Assembly (NCBI GenBank): GCA_963809485.1
Contig: CAWEJX010000020.1
Coordinates: forward strand, 608,001-672,000
DNA: 64,000 nt
Reading direction: 5' to 3'
Origin: an uncultured Acidobacteriota bacterium
GTDB taxonomy: Bacteria > Acidobacteriota > UBA6911
The position numbers and the translations under genes are program-made. Shown piece by piece: positions 41,571 to 49,373 of this stretch. The notes under the pieces were generated by a model. It searched no databases, was not told the origin of the DNA, and saw only the letters and a program-made list of their open reading frames with translations. How positions within the stretch are numbered: the first letter of the stretch is position 1; each line of letters starts with the position of its first letter.

Positions 41571-42367
41571 CTATTTGGCCAAATTGGAACGGTTGCATAC
41601 GAATGGGGCAGGCCCGTAACGGATCAGCCCCGCCCCGAATCCCGGTGGGCACGCGACGGATCCATGCACCCTAATATCATAATTGAGGTCCGGTGTTTGG
41701 GCTTAAAAACGCCATATTTTACGGGGGGCTCCCGATCCTGAAATACCTCACCCTATCGGGAGATGGCACCCATTAAGAGACCTTTGCCAAGAAAATATAT
41801 CTTTCCTTAATGGAAATTGGGAGCTTTTCGTCAAAGGATTGTCGCGGCTTGGCACCTAACGTCGAGCTAAGGAGCTTTTCGGCCGCGAACTGCTCCATTC
41901 GTTTCCATGAAAACAGTGTCTGAGCTGCTCCTTTGCCGATCCCAAAAGAGCGAATTCTGACCATGACCCGTGGCCTTATCGTATTCGTCTTTGCGCGCCC
42001 GTTCTCTCGTTGGTTATCGCTGCATTGCTATGCAATACGCATCACAACTGCCGTCTCTTATATGATTATCAGAATGTCGAATAATGAATGATGAATTTCG
42101 AAGTCATAGCTTCTGCGGTTCGACATTCGATATTCAGTATTTCTAGCACTGGGCTCTTGGTTGCTGTCAGAACACCGGGGAAAGGGCATGCTCCAGCATT
42201 TGTCATGCGGATGCTGCGTCACCGGCAGAGGCGCTAGATCTCCAACCGGATTGGGATCAGCGCCTTCGCCGGCGTTTGCCGGCGTTACCCAGAGTTCTCA
42301 GGCTGCATGAATCTCCGGATAAAGCCTTTGAGTTCGCGGTGGGCTATTGCAGGCGCGGCACAAAGGC

Positions 42368-42589
42368 TTAGTCTTGCGAATCGAGCCTTTCATCCCCTGC
42401 ATGAGCGATGGTTTTTGCAGCCAATATCGCGATGAAGCACAGCAGAGCGGCGCGCAGAAAACCGTCGAGCGCGAAGACGGCAACCAGGGCAAGAACGCCG
42501 TAGCAGGAGAGGGCGGCGAGCAGCCTGCCTCTGTTTCTTGTTAGTTTATCCCGAAAGAACGCAGACATTGACCCGTAAAACATAGCCAA
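42368..42589 (-). CDS. Small two-TM hypothetical membrane protein
   Basis: 73-aa ORF with two hydrophobic helices, directly downstream of the Fe-S oxidoreductase gene. Confidence 0.55.
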   Translation of the reverse strand: MAMFYGSMSAFFRDKLTRNRGRLLAALSCYGVLALVAVFALDGFLRAALLCFIAILAAKTIAHAGDERLDSQD

Positions 42590-42620
42590 ACCATATCTTC
42601 ATCCGGCTGATCGCGGAATT

Positions 42621-44684
42621 TCATTTTTTCGGCGGCTCAACGCTTTCCGCAATCACCGATGCCACATCGATGACGCGCATGCTCTCGTCGTAATTGAGAA
42701 GTTTCAGCGAATCCTGCAGCATATGCATGCAGAAGGCGCAGGCGGTCACGATCGTATCCGCCCCCGCCGCGTGGGCCTGCTTCACGCGAAGGTTATTGAT
42801 CCGCTCGCCGCGTTTGAGATCCATAAAATAGTGCCCGCCGCCGGCGCCGCAGCACAGGCTTTTTTCACGGCGGTTCTTCATTTCCCGTGCGGGCGCCGGG
42901 AATCGGCCCTGATAACTTCGCGCGGCGGATCGTAGATCTTCTGATAGCGCCCGAGATAGCACGGGTCGTGATACACATACTTGCGCGCGTCGCCAAGTTG
43001 CGGTTTGAGCGCGCCGCGGACGAGCAGGTCGCGAATAAATTCGCTGTGGTGCACGACGTTGAAGTTCGCCGCCGAATTGCCGGTACTCGTGCTTGAGGAC
43101 GTTGTAGCAGTGCGGGCAACCGGTCAGAAGGATTTTGAATTCGCGCTGTTTGAGCAGTTCGACCTGCTCTTTGGCGGCCTGCTGAAAGAGCATCTCCTGC
43201 CCCATGATGCGGGCGGGATCCCCGCAGCATTTTTCGTCCCCGCCGAGCACACCGAAATCAATGCCGCACTTTTCCATCAGCCGGCAGATGTCGTTCGGCA
43301 ATCTTGTGCTTCTGCGGATCGAAGGCCACGATGCAGCCGATCCAGTAAAGCACATCCACCTTCTCCCCGGGGCCGACTACCCGGATTTTGGATTGTTCGA
43401 TCCAGTCAGTCCGTTCGGACTGCGGGCCAAAGGGATTCCCATTGGTTTCGAACAGGCGCAGCGCGCGTCCGGCCTCTTCCGGCACGCGCCCCTGAATAAG
43501 CACCTCGTTGCGGCGCAGCTCCATCAGAGTGTCCGACGTGATCGATGAGCGCGGGGCAGACTTCCACGCATGCGCTGCAGGTCCGGCAATGCCAGATAAA
43601 CTCTTCGTCGAAAGCCTTGCCGACGATGTCGCCGGCTCGGCCGCGTCGCTTTTTCCTCCGTTTCTGCCGCTCTCCAGCTCAGTGAGAGATTGCTTGATGC
43701 GGGCGATCAGCTGCCGCGGCGTGAAGTACTCTTTGTCCGCCATGTAGGCCGGACAGACCTCCTCGCAGCGACCGCAGGAAACGCAGGTGTCGAGATCCAT
43801 GCGCTGCTTCCAGGTGAGCTCGTCGGCCTTCTGGAGGCCGATCTTGAGGTCGCGTCGCTTTCCGCGCTTTCCATCAGCTTTTCGATATCCTGCGCGCTGG
43901 AGCTCGCCGCGCGGCTTGAGTTTCGAGAAGAAAACATTGGTCGGAAGCGAGAGCAGGTGAACGAACTTGGTGTAGGGAATCAGGGCAATCCAGCCCATGG
44001 CAAAGATCGTGTGCATCCACCAGAGCGAGGCATGAAAGCTTCTGCCGGTCCGTTCTTCCATTCCGGCAGAACACGCCGAAACTGCCCAAGCCCACGGGGG
44101 ACAGCGCTCTCCACGGATCGCCGGTGACGGCGATCCGAAGCCCTTCGACCAGATAACCGGTGATGACCATGCAGGCGATCAAGAAGCAGAACGAGACCGT
44201 CCTCACGGGTATTGGGCAGGGTTTCAGGCTTCAGCGACGTATCGGCGGTAGGCGGCCATCGCGATGCCGACGAGGATCAGGAGGCCGGCCAGCTCGGAGG
44301 CCACGGAAAAGAAGACGTAGACGAATCCCTGGAATATATTCAGCTGGAGGCCGAACAGATGCCCGGCATCGTATTCGATCATGACGATCAGGGTCGTCAC
44401 CACCAGCACGATGAAGGAATAGAAAATGAGGCAATGAAAAATCGCGGGGTAACCGGAATTGCGGACCTGTTTCTGGAGGAAGATTTCGCGCAGGAGAATT
44501 TTGAGGCGTTTGCCCCAGTCCGCGAGCCTTTCTTTGTCGCCCTTCCCCCGGCGCCAGAATTCTATCCGTTGTACAGGCTCCCCAGGCAAATAACGCCAGC
44601 GGCAGCCAGAAACAGACCATACATCACCCAAACGTGAGAAATGTTCCACATCAAAGGCCGTGTTGCTTCAGAAAGTGGTGGCAT
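42621..44684 (-). pseudogene. FadF/HdrD-like membrane Fe-S oxidoreductase (NarI-like TM + 4Fe-4S + two CCG domains), with about 10 frameshifts
   Basis: Starts MPPLSEATRPLMWNI at 44684 after GAGG. Fragments in alternating frames: CVSCGRCEEVCP, WHCRTCSACVEVCP, GNPFG, EKCCGD, CPHC, YHDPCYLGR, CCGAGGG and TACAFC. Confidence 0.85.
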
Positions 44685-44992
44685 CGCGGTATCCTCGCAG
44701 CATTAATAGAAAACCAGGCAATTTTGAGAGTTATCAGAACATCCACTGTCTGTCGCGGAACTCACAATCCCCTGCAGGAGCGACAGGCCGGTCATTCCTG
44801 CGGCTCGCGGCTGAGGATTCCCTCGAAACGCGCGTTCTACTACAGAAATACTCCAGACTTATCAGCATTCAAACCGATTTTACATCAGTCCGCCGATTTT
44901 ATGCTCCAATTTTTCAGCGCGATAGATATCATGGTCCTCTGTGCGGGATGGCAGAGTGTCCCGGGCCAAACCTAAGTATAAGGAGTACACCC

Positions 44993-45571
44993 ATGAAAGT
45001 CCTGGCGATCAACGGAAGCGGTAGAAAAGACGGCAACACCTGTTTGCTTTTAAAGGCCGTGCTGGCCGAGCTCGAGCGGGATGTAGTGGAAACAGAGCTG
45101 GTCCAAATGGCTGAAAAGCTGCCCATACAGGGCTGTGTCTCCTGCTTTAAATGCATGGAGCGCAAAAACATGCAGTGCGCGATCGATAGCGATCCCTTCA
45201 ATGAGTACTTTGAGAAAATCAGCAGGGCGGATGGCCTCCTGCTGGGATCCCCGGTCTATTTCTCCGACATAACAGCCGGCATGAAGGCGCTGATTGAGCG
45301 CTGCGGCTTCGTGTCCCGGGCCAACGGCGGCATCCTGCGGCGCAAGGTGGGAGCCGGAGTCATCGCGGTGCGCCGTGCGGGTTCGAACCATTCCCTGGCC
45401 AGCATCAATTATCTTTTTCTCATCAGTGAGATGATTGTTCCGGGATCCAATTACTGGAATATGGGCATCGGCAGGAATCCCGGCGAGGCGGCAGGCGACT
45501 CCGAGGGTCTCGAGACCATGAAAACGCTGGGGAGGAATATGGCCTGGCTGCTTAAAAAACTTTATGCGTAA
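44993..45571 (+). CDS. Iron-sulfur flavoprotein / flavodoxin family (NADPH-dependent FMN reductase fold)
   Basis: INGSGRKDGNT, CVSCFKC....MQC, GSPVYF and RRAG. AAGGAG RBS before ATG at 44993. Confidence 0.92.
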   Translation: MKVLAINGSGRKDGNTCLLLKAVLAELERDVVETELVQMAEKLPIQGCVSCFKCMERKNMQCAIDSDPFNEYFEKISRADGLLLGSPVYFSDITAGMKALIERCGFVSRANGGILRRKVGAGVIAVRRAGSNHSLASINYLFLISEMIVPGSNYWNMGIGRNPGEAAGDSEGLETMKTLGRNMAWLLKKLYA

Positions 45572-45582
45572 GGAGAAAAGCC

Positions 45583-45648
45583 ATGGATGCAAAGCCCGAA
45601 AATCTGCGGGCCATGTTCGACTTCACCCGGGAATACGGCGTCTACTGA
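45583..45648 (+). pseudogene. 21-aa mini-ORF resembling the extreme C-terminus of uroporphyrinogen decarboxylase-family proteins
   Basis: AAGGAG RBS, then MDAKPENLRAMFDFTREYGVY*. Confidence 0.55.
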
Positions 45649-45836
45649 GATTCGCATCCTGCCGGAAATCCCGTCCAAGCGCTGAATAGATGAGAACGGT
45701 TTTCCCAACCCGCTTGATGCGGCACTTAATAACCATTCGATACAGGACGGTCCCAGGTCGCAGGTTTTTGAGACCTGCGATCTGAGACCCGCAGAGAATG
45801 CCTGTTTTTGCTGCCAACGCTTCCTGGCGGCTTGTC

Positions 45837-46508
45837 CTATTTCTTAAAGTGGGCCACGGTCTGGGCAAGGATGACTTTCTGATCCGGGCGCAGTTTAAGG
45901 GTCGTGGCAACTGCCTTTGCATCGACCATCGCGCGCACGATGCAGGCAAGGCCTTCCGAGGCGCAGTACAGATAAACATTTTGGGCAATGAAACCGACTC
46001 CGGCGAACGACCATGTTTCCGCCGTGGCCATTATTTCTCCTTTGCCCCCGAAGCCTTTCGCTTTGGCCATATCGGCTATGTAGATGAGGTTTAGAGGAGC
46101 CGTTTTAACAAAATCCTGCTGGCCCGCAACCGCACGGACGTCCTCTTTGCCGAGGACTTTTAGTTCGTGCTTGGGAGCGTCGTACAGAAAGAGGCCCTCC
46201 GCTGTGGTGACGTAGATATCAATATTCTGCCAATCCACGGCTGAGGGTGCTGTGCGATGTCCATCCGGCCGATTGACGCCGTCCGCCGCCCAAAGCAGAT
46301 TCGAGATCACCTGCAGGGACAATTTGACATCCGGCCCGAAATCGCCTCTGGTGCTTTGCCTCAGTTTCAGCGCCTGCATCAAGGGTTTGCCTCCATCCGT
46401 TTGGGGCGGTGGAAGCTTGATCACGTCGGCCGCCTGCGCCAGGCCCATGTCAGGGACGGCGAACAGGAACAAACTCAAAACCAGACTTGCCAGAAGTACT
46501 CTTCCCAT
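45837..46508 (-). CDS. Nitroreductase family (SagB/ThcOx-like) protein with signal peptide
   Basis: LMQALKLRQSTR, LLWAADGVNR, RTAPSA and IAQNVYL. GAGGAG RBS. Confidence 0.9.
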   Translation of the reverse strand: MGRVLLASLVLSLFLFAVPDMGLAQAADVIKLPPPQTDGGKPLMQALKLRQSTRGDFGPDVKLSLQVISNLLWAADGVNRPDGHRTAPSAVDWQNIDIYVTTAEGLFLYDAPKHELKVLGKEDVRAVAGQQDFVKTAPLNLIYIADMAKAKGFGGKGEIMATAETWSFAGVGFIAQNVYLYCASEGLACIVRAMVDAKAVATTLKLRPDQKVILAQTVAHFKK

Positions 46509-46537
46509 GATTCTTCTCCTCTCGGTTTATGGACAAT

Positions 46538-47122
46538 TCAATCCTCAATACGGCGGCATTCCTGCAGAAGCCTGTCTTTAAGATCTTTCAATTGGGGTTC
46601 GTAAGACTGCCGGATCCTGCCCAATTCCTGCTGCCAGTTCTCATTGTGCTTGAGATTCAGCCTGACCGCAGAACCCGAAACGCCGATTCTTTTCAATTCT
46701 TCGTTTGCAAGGGATGCAAAATCGCGAAGCTTTTTCTGTTTTTCCCCTTCAAAGTCGTCGAAGACCCGCTGGAAGCGCTTACCCGCTTCCTCCAGCAAGG
46801 CTGCCTTGCCCCCATCCAGGAGCGCGATCCCGGTCAAAGCCGTCCGTGCCGACGGGCCGTCCTCAAAGTGAATCGACTGCCAGAGGGCCCGTATCAGGGC
46901 GCGCCGCACCACGGGCTCCTGCTCTGTGCCGTACCTGGCCAATTCCGCGGTCAGTTTGTCGGCCGTTACGATGCCATCGAGGTATTTCCGGCACAGGGCT
47001 TCTCCCAGGGGGCCATATTCCTTTTCTTTCTGCTCCGCAATCTCCCCGGGAGTCAGCCGGGGCAATGCGGATATTCTTTCCATGGCGATTTCCAGTGCAC
47101 TTTTAATTCTTTCTTCTTCCAC
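46538..47122 (-). CDS. Conserved helical hypothetical protein (DUF6657-like)
   Basis: N-terminal IKSALEIAMER motif. AGGAG RBS, tightly coupled to both neighbours. Confidence 0.65.
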   Translation of the reverse strand: MEEERIKSALEIAMERISALPRLTPGEIAEQKEKEYGPLGEALCRKYLDGIVTADKLTAELARYGTEQEPVVRRALIRALWQSIHFEDGPSARTALTGIALLDGGKAALLEEAGKRFQRVFDDFEGEKQKKLRDFASLANEELKRIGVSGSAVRLNLKHNENWQQELGRIRQSYEPQLKDLKDRLLQECRRIED

Positions 47123-47131
47123 GCCATTCTC

Positions 47132-47815
47132 CTAAAGAGCAGCTGCACCCATAAAATTCTTAATAATTCGGAAATTGTCCTGCACCCTTTCCCTGCCTCT
47201 CAGGATTCCCGGGTTGCCATACGCGTGTCCGCAAAGCAGGTATTCGGTCTCGAGTTGGGATAAAGCTTCAATGCTGCGCTGCAGAGCCAGGGCGTCTCCG
47301 CCCGGAAAATCCGTTCTTCCCGTGCTCCTGTAAAATATGCAGTCTCCCGCAAGGAGCACCTTGCGGTCCGGCCAATAAAGGCATATATGGCCGGGAGTGT
47401 GGCCGGGCGAATGATAGACCTGAAAGGTTGTTGATCCGTTTGTCCCCAGCTGCAAAGCCCCTTCCTCCAAATAAATATCCACCTTGCCGCCCAGGCTTTC
47501 GAAGAGAGCCTCGTCCGCCCCGTGCAGGGCTACCAGGGCCCTGTTCTCCTCGCGGAGAGCGACGGCGGCTTCGCAGTGGTCGGGATGGCCATGGGTCAGG
47601 ATCACGAGACCGATGGCGTCACCGGCGAGTCCATCTTTTTCCATCGCTTCCAGCAGACGGTCCAGGGCATCTTCCCGGTAAGCCGGGGTGATTATGTGGC
47701 CGGGATCAACCACAACGTGCCTGCCTTCATTCAGCGCCCGGGCAAAAACATAAGAATTGCAGTTGTTGTCTCTTCCCCGCCACACATAGGCATAAAGATT
47801 ATCGATGATATTCAT
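47132..47815 (-). CDS. MBL-fold metallo-hydrolase (glyoxalase II-like)
   Basis: THGHPDH, PGHTPG, GD, GRTDFPGG and GH. Confidence 0.92.
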   Translation of the reverse strand: MNIIDNLYAYVWRGRDNNCNSYVFARALNEGRHVVVDPGHIITPAYREDALDRLLEAMEKDGLAGDAIGLVILTHGHPDHCEAAVALREENRALVALHGADEALFESLGGKVDIYLEEGALQLGTNGSTTFQVYHSPGHTPGHICLYWPDRKVLLAGDCIFYRSTGRTDFPGGDALALQRSIEALSQLETEYLLCGHAYGNPGILRGRERVQDNFRIIKNFMGAAAL

Positions 47816-48023
47816 AGGGATATGATTCTAATATGCCAAAGCTTTTCGTCAAAGAGGAGAGTCTTGCAACCGGCAACGGGAAAGCAGGCAAAAGCCACGC
47901 ATTTTCCAAAATGCGGAAGACAGATGTTCCGAACTGCCCGGGCCGGGATGAGCCTGATCTGGACGGTTTGAGGGTGATCGTTAGGACAAATTCAATATCC
48001 GCGGTAATCTTATTTTAATTATC

Positions 48024-48956
48024 ATGAAAGAACACACGGCTTTTCTGGCAATTATTTCGTTTGCCGTAATCCTTGCGGCCGATTCCGGAGGCATGCAATC
48101 TATCCAGGCTCCGGGACAGCAACAGGAAGGTCCAGACTACAAATTCTCCGTACAAAGCCAGTTGGTGGAAGTTTATCTTACGGTTACAAGAGGAAACCAG
48201 CCGGTGGGAAATCTGCAGATTACCGATTTTGAACTCCTTGAGGATGGAGTTCCTGTCCCTCTGGACCGGCTGGACAGCCAGGAAGTCCATCTTCAGATAG
48301 CTCTCCTGATCGATACCAGTGAAAGCGTTCAGGAAGCATTGTATACCATTCAGGATGCCGCAATCTCATTCGCGGAAAGCCTGAATCCCGAAGACCGGAT
48401 GATGCTGGCTCTATTTAATTCGGAAATTCGCATGATCCCCCAGACAAGCGCAGAACGGGAGCCGATACTCAAGGCTATAAGAGGCGCCCGGGCTCGAGGC
48501 ATGACCCGGCTCCACGATGCCCTTCTGCAGGGGATGAAATACCTGGACGGCAAACCCGGACGCAAGGCCATTGTCTGCTTTACCGACGGCGAGGACACGG
48601 CCGGCACTACTTCGCGGTTCGCTGTTCTTGATGCAGCGGCCCGCTCCGGCTACCCGATCTATGCCATCGGCGCCGGTGCCGGGCTCGGGATGTCAAGTCT
48701 GCAGATGATCCTGCGCGAGTTCGCAGAGATCAACAGCGGGAAAGCCTATTTTATTCAAAATCTCAAAAAACTCCGGGAGGCTTTCCGGGCGGTGGCTTCC
48801 GAAATGAGATCGGCTTACGTGTTAAATTACTACACACGAATACCGCCGGATGGAAACTGGCACGACATCCGCATAAAGATCAAGGATCCCTCGTTGACGG
48901 TGCATGCCCGGAAGGGCTTCTACGCCAGAAACGCGGCCGATGTCTCGGCCCCTTAA
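48024..48956 (+). CDS. VWA domain protein, acidobacterial type
   Basis: Signal peptide, DFELLEDG, MIDAS DTSES, T.L.DA, TDGED and ARKGFYA. Confidence 0.9.
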   Translation: MKEHTAFLAIISFAVILAADSGGMQSIQAPGQQQEGPDYKFSVQSQLVEVYLTVTRGNQPVGNLQITDFELLEDGVPVPLDRLDSQEVHLQIALLIDTSESVQEALYTIQDAAISFAESLNPEDRMMLALFNSEIRMIPQTSAEREPILKAIRGARARGMTRLHDALLQGMKYLDGKPGRKAIVCFTDGEDTAGTTSRFAVLDAAARSGYPIYAIGAGAGLGMSSLQMILREFAEINSGKAYFIQNLKKLREAFRAVASEMRSAYVLNYYTRIPPDGNWHDIRIKIKDPSLTVHARKGFYARNAADVSAP

Positions 48957-49055
48957 CCTCCGGGTCAAAAACCCCGAAGAATGGGTATAATGAGTCCTCC
49001 GGCTGGATGGATAAAGACGGCGCCCCGGCCTGAAAATTATGCGAGAACCTCTGAT

Positions 49056-49305
49056 GTCAGGCACCTCCGGCAAAGCCGGAGGCTTGAAAGATTTGAACCG
49101 CTCAAAGCGGTTGGAGGAGTTACGCCGGTCTTGAACGCTGACCTACGCGGGCAAAAGCCGATGAGGCGCCTCATCAGCTTTTGCTCGCCGACCCTCGCCG
49201 AACAAATCGGTGTTTGTCAGCGCTTTTATCAGCGTTTCTCAGCGTTTCAAAATACGGAGCTGTCAAACTCTTTGAGTCCCCCGGCAGAGCCGGGGGTTTA
49301 CCAAT
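49056..49305 (-). mobile_element. Non-autonomous IS200/IS605-type element, copy 4, 250 bp
   Basis: Same ends. The central hairpin is collapsed to GCAAAAGCCGATGAGGCGCCTCATCAGCTTTTGC. Confidence 0.82.
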
Positions 49306-49373
49306 GTAATTGGGCGCGGCCTTGGGCCATTTGGGCATCATTTACCTATTGGCCCGCGTCATAAGGAACCTGG

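Noticed and set aside
41600-41672. GC-rich segment loosely like group II intron domains V-VI on the minus strand
   Set aside because: It lacks the catalytic triad context and a clear bulged A, so it is too degenerate to call.
48981-49364. Short similar ORFs across the repeat copies (8369-8560, 23489-23764, 35355-35642, 48981-49364)
   Set aside because: They are translations of the non-coding element. Frames, starts and lengths differ between copies and there is no HUH/Y1 motif.
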